53,827 nt of DNA from an uncultured archaeon (lineage in GTDB: Archaea; EX4484-52; JAADEF01). Below the pieces are notes generated by a model, which was not told where the DNA came from, ran no database searches, and saw only the letters and a program-made list of their open reading frames with translations. The translations under genes and the position numbers were made by a program. The DNA lies in NCBI GenBank assembly GCA_964407715.1, contig CAYOWP010000002.1:1-53827 (forward strand). The letters are read 5' to 3'. Of this stretch, positions 29,656 to 40,015 are shown piece by piece; positions within the stretch are counted from its first letter, which is position 1; every line of letters begins with the position of its first letter.

Positions 29656-31392
29656 TTTCATTTCAATATCCTTTTGGCTTCCCTCTTTGTTTATTCTTGG
29701 GCGTTTGGTTTCATCATCACTACGCATAGTTATGCCAACAGATTTTAAGAACATGTTTATGGCTTCCTTGAAATGTCTTGGAGTATATGCATAGCCATTT
29801 ACTCCTGATATGCCATCAAACAACATCACTCTATCTGATACAGAGCTCAAAAATAATAAATCATGATCAACAACAAGCAAAGTCGTATTAAGCTGCTCAG
29901 CATATCTCCTTAATATCTTACCCAATCTCAATCTCTCCTCTATATCTAAATAAGCAGAGGGCTCATCTAAAAGATATATTTCTCCTTCTCTACTTAATGC
30001 ATAAACTATTGCAATCTTTTGCAGCTCTCCTCCTGACAATCTATTAATGTTTTTATGCATTATTCTCTCAATCTCTAATGGTTTAATGAGATGATTCTTA
30101 ATTTCCTCATTCATTTTTATATTTTCAATAAAGAAATTTTCTACTGTTCCGTCATATTCTATATCTATGTACTGAGGTTTATATCCTATTTTCATGTTAA
30201 TCTCGAGCAAATTTTCATCATCCTTTTCCAATCCAGCAAGTATTTTTATAAAAGTTGTTTTGCCAAGTCCGTTCTTTCCTAATATTCCTATAACCTCTCC
30301 TTTAAATATTTCACATTCCTCTATTTCTAAACGAAAGGAATTGTTGTATGTCTTCCTCAATCTTGGAATATAAAGCAGCTTTTCCTTTGTTTGTTTTGAT
30401 TCTTTTATGTATGTAAATTCTATCTCATAATCTCTAAACCTAATATTTTCTTCTTTAATATATCCTAAGATATAATTATTTATCCCTCTTTTTGCATGAT
30501 ATATGTTGCTTACAACACCATATGCGCCAGGATAACCATGCATGATATGGACAAAATCAGATAAATAATCCAATATCACCAAATCATGCTCAACCACAAC
30601 TACGCTCTTGTCTTTTAATCTTTTCCTTATTATCTTTGCAACATCCATTCGATTTTTTATATCTAAATATGATGTTGGCTCATCAATAAAATAGAAATCA
30701 GCATCTTTATTTATGCTCTTTGCTATTGCCATTTTTTGCAACTCACCACCAGATAAATCCTCTACATTTCTTTCCATTAATATATCCAATTCCAAATCTT
30801 TTATTATCTCACTATTTACATCACATAACAACTCCTTAACTTTTTTTCCTTTATATTTCTTTCTTATTAAATCAACACGTTGAATTTTATATGAGGTCCT
30901 TATGTTGTTTTTTGATAGCTCTTCAAGATATGCCTGAATCTCATTTCCTCTAAATGTTTCAATAATTTCCTTCCATTTTACATCTTCATTAAACCTTCCA
31001 AGATTTGGCTTTGTTACACCTGTAAGTATATTGAGCGTGGTTGTTTTACCAGTACCATTTCTACCTATCAACCCTACAATTGCTCCTTTTTTTATAACTG
31101 GAAGATTGAATAATCTAAATCCATTTTCATCATATTGATGTACCAATTTCCCTGTTTCTTGTGTTAAATTGATTATAGTAATAGCACCAAAAGGACATTT
31201 TTTTGCGCATATGCCACATCCAACACATAAGATTTCATTTATCTTTGCTTTTTTATCTATAGTTATTATTTCTTTGCCTGTTCTTTCTACTGGACAAAAG
31301 GATTTACATTCATGATTACATCTATCAGGTCTGCATTTATCTTTATCTATTACCGCAATCCTTTTAACAGATTTCAAATCAATGTTAACCAT
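29632..31392 (-). CDS. ABCE1/Rli1 ribosome-recycling ATPase
   Basis: Two 4Fe-4S motifs (C..RC..EC..FCP, CVGCGICAKKCP) and two ABC domains (GRNGTGKTT, GKNGLGKTT, LSGGE). True start likely ATG 31392. Confidence 0.96.
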   Translation of the reverse strand: MVNIDLKSVKRIAVIDKDKCRPDRCNHECKSFCPVERTGKEIITIDKKAKINEILCVGCGICAKKCPFGAITIINLTQETGKLVHQYDENGFRLFNLPVIKKGAIVGLIGRNGTGKTTTLNILTGVTKPNLGRFNEDVKWKEIIETFRGNEIQAYLEELSKNNIRTSYKIQRVDLIRKKYKGKKVKELLCDVNSEIIKDLELDILMERNVEDLSGGELQKMAIAKSINKDADFYFIDEPTSYLDIKNRMDVAKIIRKRLKDKSVVVVEHDLVILDYLSDFVHIMHGYPGAYGVVSNIYHAKRGINNYILGYIKEENIRFRDYEIEFTYIKESKQTKEKLLYIPRLRKTYNNSFRLEIEECEIFKGEVIGILGKNGLGKTTFIKILAGLEKDDENLLEINMKIGYKPQYIDIEYDGTVENFFIENIKMNEEIKNHLIKPLEIERIMHKNINRLSGGELQKIAIVYALSREGEIYLLDEPSAYLDIEERLRLGKILRRYAEQLNTTLLVVDHDLLFLSSVSDRVMLFDGISGVNGYAYTPRHFKEAINMFLKSVGITMRSDDETKRPRINKEGSQKDIEMKSKGIYFE

Positions 31393-31451
31393 ATTCTTAA
31401 AAGATGTGAAAACTAATTTTTTAAAGTTTAGATATTTCTTTATTCTTTTAT

Positions 31452-32069
31452 ATGAAGAAGTGGATGAGATATTTATCACTTAAGGAAATCAAGGATTTGT
31501 TTTTTGCTTCATTTATAATTGCTTTTATTGTTTCAATACATTCTTTTACAGATTTCCTGAATAAAAGCTTTTATATCTCATATATTATAGCTTTTCTTAT
31601 TTTATCCATAAGTTTTATATTGCATGAAATGGCACATAAATTTACAGCAATAAGATATGGAATGTTTGCCCAATTTGAAATCTCATATATTGGTCTTTTA
31701 TTTTCATTGGCACTTAAAATGCTTACAGGAATAATCTTGATAATCCCTGGAGCAGTTGTGATATATAAGCATTTTATTCATAAGTCAAGAAAAAAAGAAA
31801 TAGCAATTCAGGGAGTGATTGCATTAGCAGGACCATTAGTGAATTTAGCACTTTCTCTTTTATCTTTCCTTTTCTATTATATTTCCAAAGTTTCCTTTTT
31901 TAGTGACTTCTTTTATACCTTCTCCTATATAAATGCTATTCTTTTATTGTTTAATCTATTACCAATTCCTCCATTAGATGGTTTTAAAGTTGCAAGATGG
32001 AGTTTGCCTGTTTACATACCTCTATTCATTTTCTCTTTAATTTGGTTTTATATAATCTCAACTCTCTAA
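31452..32069 (+). CDS. Site-2 protease (peptidase M50)
   Basis: HEMAH, ALAGPLVN and NLLPIPPLDG motifs. Confidence 0.92.
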   Translation: MKKWMRYLSLKEIKDLFFASFIIAFIVSIHSFTDFLNKSFYISYIIAFLILSISFILHEMAHKFTAIRYGMFAQFEISYIGLLFSLALKMLTGIILIIPGAVVIYKHFIHKSRKKEIAIQGVIALAGPLVNLALSLLSFLFYYISKVSFFSDFFYTFSYINAILLLFNLLPIPPLDGFKVARWSLPVYIPLFIFSLIWFYIISTL

Positions 32070-35000
32070 TGGAAAATTTTTCCTAATAAACGCAAAATAG
32101 CATTTATTATTCTTCTAATAACACTAGTTTTGTGTTTTAATCTTTTTGTTTCATATGAACAATTAATATATTTGGATTCTATATATAATTTCTCATTATT
32201 TTTCAATATGAAAAGCCTTTCATTGTTAATTATCTCTGTGGAATTTCCATCTTCTTTCTCTATGGTGATGGTAAGATTTTGAATAAGAGGTATTATTTCA
32301 ACTGCAACTTTGTCATCATAAACAAAGCACCTATATTTATATATTTGCTTTTTATTTATATCTGTGATGTTGGATTTGTTTGTCTCTTTTTCAATTTTAT
32401 CAGATTCTATATAATAAATGTAAGGCATGTCTTTTTCTATAACATAAAATGTTTTATTATCAAATGAATATTTTATTCTTATTTTTGATCCATTAAGATT
32501 TGCTTCTGGTTTTATGCACATCTTTAATAATATCCTGCTCTTGTTTGTGAATTTCAGGTTTGCTTTCCATCCTTTAATAGTGATATTATTTGAGGTGTTG
32601 CAATAATAAGAAAGAAGATTGTTGTCTTTGTTTATTATATAAGAGTATAGGGTTACATATTTTCTATCAGTATTATTTATAATGATATAGACTTCGCTAT
32701 CCTTAAATATGATTGTATCCACAATTAGCTTGGATTTCATATTATCCTCTCTTTCCATAGAAGGAACAAATGTAGAGTGAGATTTCTCATTTTTATCAGA
32801 ATTTGCATGTGTTGAAATCTCTCTTTTTATGCTTCCTTTATATACTATCTCGCTTTCTTTCCAGGTTAAAGAAGAAAGAGAATTGCAAAATGGATTTTCA
32901 ATTTTTGCTTTTATTTTTATTAAAGGATGTGTCATCTTTGATGTTATGTGACTGTTAAATTTTAATTTTCTTTTTAACTCTTTATGGCAAATAATATCAG
33001 TAAATGTCTCCTTCTCATATAATGTATTTCCATCTCCATCTTCTATTAAGTAAATTATGGATATAGGATGTTCAACATTAAAGCAAAGAGAATCATCTAA
33101 GATAATTTTATAATTTAGGGTTTCATCCTTATCAATTGTATTTTTATATGGATAAATAGATATGGAGAAGTTGCATAATAAAGTTGTCTCATTAAATATC
33201 TCTATAGGAAAAGAAAATGAACTTGATTCGTTCTCCATTGAGATACTCAAATTAACCATATAATATCCTGCTTTTAACTCGTATGGAATATCTAAATATG
33301 CTGTCTTTGAACAAAGAATATCATAAATATAATGCTTAGTTATATTTCCAATTGTATATGCTATGTTAACAGGTTTCAAATCGCAATATTTTTTCTTTAT
33401 TTTAATCTTTATTTTTCCTCCCTTAAATACCTTTGATGTTAAAAGAGTTGCTGTAATAGTTTTGTCTTTTTTATTTGTGTCTCGTGTTTCATTCAATGCA
33501 CTTAATATCTTTTTCTCATAAAGAGGAGAGGGTATGTCCTCGTAAGTGGTATTATATGCTATGTGAATTGAGCATATCTCCTTGTTGCAGCAAGAAGAAG
33601 GAGTATAGGAAAAATTATCTACTAATATACCTTTATGATATATCGCGATTTCTTCTCCTTTATTGTTTAATCTCATCTTATTTACCTCTATTACTCTTGA
33701 TGTCATATTTTCAAGTATGTCAAATTCTTCCATGAATAATGTTTTGTTCCTAACAAACACATAATAACCTGGAACAAGGTCTAAAAGCAAGGTATGATTC
33801 TTATTTTCATATATTGTAATTGATGTATTGTAAAGTGGAATATCATTATAATAAACCTCTATAAACTCTAATTCCTCATTAGGAGGATTTGGATAAATCT
33901 CTGTGATATAAAGAGATGGTACAGAGGATAAATCTAAATAAAAAGAGGAATTTCCAATAATAAAATAATATCTTCCTCTTTGCATCATTAATTGTCGCTT
34001 ATCTAACATCAATTTATTATTTCCTTTTTTCAAAGATACAGGAATCACATTCCAGATGTTTTTCTCAGTATTATAAATTATCAAAGATTTATTTAATTTG
34101 TCAAAAGAAGAAAAGATGTCAAGATATAAATATCTTCCATAGTTCTTTATATTCATGATTTTTATATCAGGAGCATATTCAAGATAAAAAGAGAGGTTTT
34201 TAATCTTATAAATGCTTTCTTTTTCCTTACATATTATAGGAATTAAAATAAACAACTGAATTTTGCCATTGATAGTATGTAGAGAATAAGTATATGGGCT
34301 GCAATTTAATAAGTTATCAGAAACTTTTTCTTTGTTAAGTATTTCTTTATGTATGTTATATTTTAAGGTATAATTGTCAACATGTGGAATGAATAAAACA
34401 TCTGTAAAAATGAAATCCTCATATGCTAAGACATTTTGATTTAACAATTCTGTGATATTAACATCATCAAAATAATCCTCAAAAGAATATGTCTTAATAG
34501 TAATAATCTTGTTTGAGATATCCTCATTATAAGATGCTAACCTTATAGAACTCTTCAAAGAACGGTATTTTCGCGTTATAATCTGCTCTTTATCCAACTT
34601 CTCTTCTTTCCTTTTTAAAGGAGTAAGAATCTTGATAGTAGGATCTCCAAGAAGTATCCTTCCATAACCCTCATCATATCTTCTATGAGAAATTCCTAAT
34701 CTCTCAAAAATGTCGTTCTTTGCAATAATTAAATTCGCGCTATCTCTCAATGCATTTCCTATATTCTCATCATATGTAAGCAAGAATCTTGCAAAATTTC
34801 CAAATCTTTCTTGGGCATATCTACTATGTTTATTAGATGTAAGCACAATGCCAAAGCCTCCTTTTTTGAATAAGTGTTTTCCTATATCATAAGTGCTATC
34901 ATAATCTAAATAGAACATACCTTTAAATGAGGGTAAAATGTGCACATCAACATCTGGATATACAAAAGTACCATCCTTAATCCTTCCAAAATATCCAAAG

Positions 35001-37114
35001 AAATCATATTCCCTAAGATTATCAAATGCTGATAAAGAGAGGTTTTCCTCAAACAAGTCTCCTTTATAAAGATCAGAGATTGAAAGGCCTTGCAAAGAAA
35101 TCTTTTCATAGTTTAATTCATGTATTGCTTGTAAGATTTCTGATGTAATCTCTGAAATGCCATAGATTGCTAAATAAAGTGATCCTCCGCTAATAGCCTT
35201 CTTAGCTAAGATAGCAGATATAATTTCCTTTAATTTCTCATAATTTTCCTTTCCTTCATCAAATATCTTGCTTATTTCTGCTCTTCTTTCAACATATCTT
35301 TTAACATTAACTCCATACATAGAAAACCATTTCCTTGCAATTAAAGATGTGAACATACCATTATATTTATTAATAAATGCAATGGATGTTGGTTGCTCAT
35401 ATTCAGCCATTAATAATGCGTTTTTAATCATAAATCTTTCTTTAGGATAAAATGGATATGGTATTATTCCAACACCAATCTCAATAAAATCGTCCTCATC
35501 CATATTGCCATAACTCAAATCTGAAAATTGATTTTCATCACCAAATAGAATGATGAACAAACCATTTAATTTGAAATATGGGTTTTTATTGATATCGTAT
35601 GAGAAAAGTTTTCTAATAATGTTTTTAATCTCATCTGAGGTTGGAGCATTATCCACAAGATATAGATATGATTTGTTTGCATATAAAATAGCAAGGTTTT
35701 TCCATTTAAGATCAAAAGGAATAATTGAGATACCATAAATACTTTGATTAAATGTTCTAAAATATTCTTTTTCTGCTTCCTCTCCACACAGATATATGTC
35801 AGCATTTTTATAATCCTCAATATATACTCCTCTATTATGATATGCTATTGCTCCAACAAAAAGTTTTGATGTGATATCTGAGCAAGAGGAATATGTTGTA
35901 ATGTTATTCTCCTTACAAAGTTTTATAAGTAAATCTCTATTTATCTTTATTCCGCTATATGTTGGAGGATCTGTATTATAAAGATAATAATATGGCTTGT
36001 CTTGAGTTATGCTTGTAAGATACTTTAATTTAAATGCATTTGAAAATGTTAGTCCTTCTAATGAATAAGAATCATAAAGAGGAATATTGCTATGAAGAAC
36101 AAATTTTTGTTTTGTTTGAGTGTTATCTTGAGTTGCATATCCGTCACATTTTTCCTGTGTCAAAACAGTATCAACATAAGAACTTAAAGTTTCGTCATTT
36201 TTTCTATAAAAATAAATTATTTTTGCGAAAATGGTTTGATCCTTAGATAACCCAAGATTGGTAATGATATTGCTTGCAAAATATATTCTCCATATATTGT
36301 CAAAACTTTTGTGATGTATATTTGGAAGAAATATTTCAATGGATCCTTCAATAGTATTTGAACTGCAAAGCCTAGAAAATAGCACTCCCATGCCATTATC
36401 TGTCTTTCTATAGAGAAAGAGAGAAGTATTTTTTAAAGGAAAAATCTTTGTTTTTCCTGAAACCTCTGGATGATAACGATCACATCCTTCAGAGATTTTT
36501 ATTTTCTTGTTGTTAATCAAAAAATAGGGGAATAAAAAGATATTATACTTTTCTCCATAAAAAGGAAGCTCAAAAACATTCTTTAATGAAAAAACGAAGA
36601 TGTCTTTCTTAGGAGTAAAGGATATGTATTTCACTAAGTAATCCTTTTCGCTGTCAAATCTATATCCTATATACAAATCAAAATCATTATTAGAAAATAG
36701 ATACCATATCTCATCTTTTGTTTCATTGATTATTTCTCCATGTGTACATCGTGAGAAAAAGGTTTTTTGTCGGTTGTTTAAAGTGTCATATCTTATATAA
36801 ATCCAATTTCCATACTTCCGAGCATAATTATAGGTTAAATGAAATATGTCCTCTGAGATATCAAATGTATCATCATCATTTATGTCATAATACCATGATG
36901 ATATAATGCCTTTTGGAAAGTATTTGTCAGAGCATTTATATTCTTGAATAAGAGGTATAGAGTCTATTCTTATTATTGCTTTTTTTCCAATGAATTCTTT
37001 TATTTTTATTGATTCTTCAGCATAAGAGATGTTAAATAAAAACAAATAATTTAAAGCCATGAATAAAAGCAAAGCATATAAACATCTTTGTTTATATGCC
37101 TTACTTTTATTCAT
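32066..37114 (-). CDS. Large secreted protein with peptidase C25-like and lamin-tail (LTD) domains (1682 aa)
   Basis: Signal peptide; IILFGD..., IEIGVGIIP, IGNAL and LLGDPTIKI (C25-like); LYITEIYPNP...EFIEVY and LNNKGEEI (LTD). Confidence 0.7.
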   Translation of the reverse strand: MNKSKAYKQRCLYALLLFMALNYLFLFNISYAEESIKIKEFIGKKAIIRIDSIPLIQEYKCSDKYFPKGIISSWYYDINDDDTFDISEDIFHLTYNYARKYGNWIYIRYDTLNNRQKTFFSRCTHGEIINETKDEIWYLFSNNDFDLYIGYRFDSEKDYLVKYISFTPKKDIFVFSLKNVFELPFYGEKYNIFLFPYFLINNKKIKISEGCDRYHPEVSGKTKIFPLKNTSLFLYRKTDNGMGVLFSRLCSSNTIEGSIEIFLPNIHHKSFDNIWRIYFASNIITNLGLSKDQTIFAKIIYFYRKNDETLSSYVDTVLTQEKCDGYATQDNTQTKQKFVLHSNIPLYDSYSLEGLTFSNAFKLKYLTSITQDKPYYYLYNTDPPTYSGIKINRDLLIKLCKENNITTYSSCSDITSKLFVGAIAYHNRGVYIEDYKNADIYLCGEEAEKEYFRTFNQSIYGISIIPFDLKWKNLAILYANKSYLYLVDNAPTSDEIKNIIRKLFSYDINKNPYFKLNGLFIILFGDENQFSDLSYGNMDEDDFIEIGVGIIPYPFYPKERFMIKNALLMAEYEQPTSIAFINKYNGMFTSLIARKWFSMYGVNVKRYVERRAEISKIFDEGKENYEKLKEIISAILAKKAISGGSLYLAIYGISEITSEILQAIHELNYEKISLQGLSISDLYKGDLFEENLSLSAFDNLREYDFFGYFGRIKDGTFVYPDVDVHILPSFKGMFYLDYDSTYDIGKHLFKKGGFGIVLTSNKHSRYAQERFGNFARFLLTYDENIGNALRDSANLIIAKNDIFERLGISHRRYDEGYGRILLGDPTIKILTPLKRKEEKLDKEQIITRKYRSLKSSIRLASYNEDISNKIITIKTYSFEDYFDDVNITELLNQNVLAYEDFIFTDVLFIPHVDNYTLKYNIHKEILNKEKVSDNLLNCSPYTYSLHTINGKIQLFILIPIICKEKESIYKIKNLSFYLEYAPDIKIMNIKNYGRYLYLDIFSSFDKLNKSLIIYNTEKNIWNVIPVSLKKGNNKLMLDKRQLMMQRGRYYFIIGNSSFYLDLSSVPSLYITEIYPNPPNEELEFIEVYYNDIPLYNTSITIYENKNHTLLLDLVPGYYVFVRNKTLFMEEFDILENMTSRVIEVNKMRLNNKGEEIAIYHKGILVDNFSYTPSSCCNKEICSIHIAYNTTYEDIPSPLYEKKILSALNETRDTNKKDKTITATLLTSKVFKGGKIKIKIKKKYCDLKPVNIAYTIGNITKHYIYDILCSKTAYLDIPYELKAGYYMVNLSISMENESSSFSFPIEIFNETTLLCNFSISIYPYKNTIDKDETLNYKIILDDSLCFNVEHPISIIYLIEDGDGNTLYEKETFTDIICHKELKRKLKFNSHITSKMTHPLIKIKAKIENPFCNSLSSLTWKESEIVYKGSIKREISTHANSDKNEKSHSTFVPSMEREDNMKSKLIVDTIIFKDSEVYIIINNTDRKYVTLYSYIINKDNNLLSYYCNTSNNITIKGWKANLKFTNKSRILLKMCIKPEANLNGSKIRIKYSFDNKTFYVIEKDMPYIYYIESDKIEKETNKSNITDINKKQIYKYRCFVYDDKVAVEIIPLIQNLTITIEKEDGNSTEIINNERLFILKNNEKLYIESKYINCSYETKRLKHKTSVIRRIINAILRLLGKIFH

Positions 37115-37154
37115 AAAAGGATATTTATATTTTTTTAGTAAACAATTTAAATTT

Positions 37155-37493
37155 TTACTTATTTTGCTCTATATCAATAAGTGTTTTGGCAAGGTCTCCT
37201 TTATTCTTTATAAGATATTTTTTTGCTTCTTCATATGAAACATTTGCCTTTTCCATAATAATTTTTATATCCTCTTCAGAGACCTCTATTTTCTCATTAT
37301 ATTTCATATCATTTATTATTGCCTGTAATGTCTTCACATTTCCAGCATTGATTATTTTCACATCTCCTGAATGAATAACATACTCGCCATCCTTGGTTTT
37401 AATTATTATCTCTTCAACATCCTTTATATCCTCAAATTTAATACCTAATTGTTTCATTAGTGTTTCCATTTTCTTTGGATTTAGATTCATCAT
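37155..37493 (-). CDS. nac: Nascent polypeptide-associated complex protein
   Basis: NPKKMETLMKQLGI; C-terminal UBA-like EDIKIIMEKANVS...GDLA. Confidence 0.92.
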   Translation of the reverse strand: MMNLNPKKMETLMKQLGIKFEDIKDVEEIIIKTKDGEYVIHSGDVKIINAGNVKTLQAIINDMKYNEKIEVSEEDIKIIMEKANVSYEEAKKYLIKNKGDLAKTLIDIEQNK

Positions 37494-37530
37494 ATATTTA
37501 AATTTTTTATGTTAACTTTAAATAATTTTT

Positions 37531-38709
37531 ATGTCGTATCTAGAGGATATTATCTTAGGATATATAATAGGTTTGATCTCAGGAATTCTCCCATCTTTTC
37601 ATATCAATAACACAGCTTCCTTTCTCTATTATTTAAAAATAAATTATAATATGGATGTTTTTAATCTTTTGTTGTTTTCATCAAGCTCTTTTATAATAGG
37701 ATCTTTATTATCTGTCATGTTTTATGATGTTCCTTCAAATGAAGATAGCATATATATTCCTTATATTTTAAGATATGTGAGCAAAAAAGGAGTAAGGGAT
37801 TATTTTTTAATATCTTTAATATCTATGACTTCTGCTCTAATATTTCTTATTATATTGATTCCAATACTCAAAAATTTTATAAAAGAAGCTTATAGATTCT
37901 CATTAAAATATTTAGATGTTTTCCTTAGCATAATAGTATTCCTCTTTATTTTGAAATACCGAAATATTAAATATTATTTTATAATGATTCTCTCCTCTCT
38001 TTTAGGATTTTTGGTGATGTATAAGCTAAATATAAATCAAAATTTTGCTTTGTTGCCTCTGTTTGTAGGGTTTTATGGTGTTCCGCATTTGATATTTTCC
38101 ATCACAAATATAAAAGAAAAAAGAAAACTAAACAAAAAACAGAGCTCACAAATCTCTCTAAGGTTAAATGACCTTATAAAATTTTCATTTCTAGGAGTAA
38201 TGGTTTCTTTTATGGCTATTCTCTTGCCTACTATTCCACCAATTCTTCTTCTTTCATTTTTGCCTTTAAATAGAAAGTATGCAAAAGGATATATAATCTC
38301 TATATCCTCTTTATCTATTTCTGACTCCATATTATCAATAGTAGCCCAAAAAATAATAAATAATAGTAGAAGTGGTGTTGGAGTAATATTAGGAAACCTA
38401 AAAGAGATCTTCTTTTTTGATATATATCTACTCATATTTGTAACCTCTCTTTATATTTTGATATCATACTTAATATTGCAAAGGGTATTTTTTAATGAGA
38501 AAATAATTAAATTCACAGAGCATATGATCACGAGGATATTAATTCTTCTATTTATTTTAATTTTAACATATTTTACTACATCTATTATAGGTATTGTTGT
38601 GCTATGCTTATCTTCTCTTGTTGGATATTTAACATTAAAAATGAAATTAACGCCTATTGTATTATTATTTTCTATTATTGTTCCTCTATGGCTATCTTTG
38701 ATAATATAA
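37531..38709 (+). CDS. TctA/DUF112-like membrane protein
   Basis: GLISGILPSFHINN, LLPLFVGFYG and NSRSG motifs; about 11 TM segments. Confidence 0.7.
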   Translation: MSYLEDIILGYIIGLISGILPSFHINNTASFLYYLKINYNMDVFNLLLFSSSSFIIGSLLSVMFYDVPSNEDSIYIPYILRYVSKKGVRDYFLISLISMTSALIFLIILIPILKNFIKEAYRFSLKYLDVFLSIIVFLFILKYRNIKYYFIMILSSLLGFLVMYKLNINQNFALLPLFVGFYGVPHLIFSITNIKEKRKLNKKQSSQISLRLNDLIKFSFLGVMVSFMAILLPTIPPILLLSFLPLNRKYAKGYIISISSLSISDSILSIVAQKIINNSRSGVGVILGNLKEIFFFDIYLLIFVTSLYILISYLILQRVFFNEKIIKFTEHMITRILILLFILILTYFTTSIIGIVVLCLSSLVGYLTLKMKLTPIVLLFSIIVPLWLSLII

Positions 38710-38713
38710 TTTA

Positions 38714-38772
38714 ACCCCTTTATTTCATGTGGAACTTACCCCATTTAAAAGACCCCTTTATTTCATGTGGAA
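38714..38772 (-). promoter_or_regulatory. Two tandem origin recognition boxes (ORB); candidate oriC
   Basis: Identical 21-mers at 38714-38734 and 38752-38772, reading TTCCACATGAAATAAAGGGGT on the minus strand (TTCCA...GAAA plus G-string), followed by an AT-rich tract. Confidence 0.8.
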
Positions 38773-38863
38773 AGATATGATATGTGGTAACATATAAATA
38801 TGTCATCATTTTAGAGTAGTAAAAATATTAATATTAAATTAATCAAAGAATTTTATATTATTT

Positions 38864-40015
38864 ATGATAATACAAAACATAAAAGCGAGAGTTGTATATA
38901 ATAATAGGTTAGAAGAATCTGTTGAAGTTGAAATTAATGAAAAGTTTCGTGGTATATCTCCTTCAGGAGCATCTAAAGGAAGTCATGAAGTAAAATGTTT
39001 GCCTGCTAAGCTATCTGTTAGAAGAATAAATACAATAAGCAAAAAATATATAGGTGAAAAATTAAACTTTGAAAAAATAGATAGGGAATTAAAATTTTTA
39101 AAGGAGAAAATTGGTGGAAATGGAAGCATAGCTTTTTCATATGCCTTGTTTAATGCAAATTTTGCAATTGATCCTAATAAAAAATATTCTTTTCCTTTGC
39201 CATTGAGTAATGTAATGGGTGGTGGAGTACATAATGGAAATATGAGCATTCAAGAGGTTCTTGTTTCACCTTCAAAAGCAAAAACATTTAAAGAGGGTTT
39301 TGAGATAAATAGAAAAATATTTATAGAATTAATGAGTTTTCTTAAAAAAAAGAAATTATTTCTTGGATATAATGATGAATCCGCAATAATATCAAAATTG
39401 AATGATATAAGTTCTCTAAATTTGGTATCAAAAATTGCAGATAAATATGATGCTCATATTGGTTTGGATTTTGCATCTAATAGCTATTATAATCCTAAAA
39501 AAAGGAAATATCTTTTCTTAGGAAAAGCTCTTAATAGAGAGAGATATTATGATGAGATATTAAAATTGATAGAAGATTATGATATTAAGTATGTGGAAGA
39601 TCCCTTTTATGAAAATGATTTTGATATGTTTCATGAAATTAGAGAAGATTTAAAAAGAAGATGTTATGTTGTGGGTGATGACTTAACAACTACAAATCCT
39701 GAAAGATTATCAACAGCAATAAAGGAAAAATCCATAACAGGAATAATAATAAAACCAAATCAGATAGGCACTGTAAGTGAAAGTATAGATGTAAAAGAAA
39801 TGGCAGAAAAGAACAATATTTTGCCTGTTATTTCACATAGATCAGGTGAAAGTGATGACAGCACCATAAGCAGAGTAAGCATATATTATGGATTTAAATT
39901 AGCAAAAATAGGAATTGCAGGTATGAGAGTTGTTAAAATAAATGAGTTTATTAGACTATGGGAAAAAATTTATAAAAAGAAGGTGGAAAATCCATGGAAG
40001 AAATTGAAAAAATAA
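38864..40015 (+). CDS. eno: Enolase
   Basis: PSGASKG, NVMGGGVH, EDPF, VVGDDL, IKPNQIG and SHRSGE motifs. Confidence 0.93.
   Translation: MIIQNIKARVVYNNRLEESVEVEINEKFRGISPSGASKGSHEVKCLPAKLSVRRINTISKKYIGEKLNFEKIDRELKFLKEKIGGNGSIAFSYALFNANFAIDPNKKYSFPLPLSNVMGGGVHNGNMSIQEVLVSPSKAKTFKEGFEINRKIFIELMSFLKKKKLFLGYNDESAIISKLNDISSLNLVSKIADKYDAHIGLDFASNSYYNPKKRKYLFLGKALNRERYYDEILKLIEDYDIKYVEDPFYENDFDMFHEIREDLKRRCYVVGDDLTTTNPERLSTAIKEKSITGIIIKPNQIGTVSESIDVKEMAEKNNILPVISHRSGESDDSTISRVSIYYGFKLAKIGIAGMRVVKINEFIRLWEKIYKKKVENPWKKLKK

Noticed and set aside
31393-31479. N-terminal extension of ABCE1 in the ORF track
   Set aside because: It overlaps the divergent M50 gene start; homology begins near ATG 31392.
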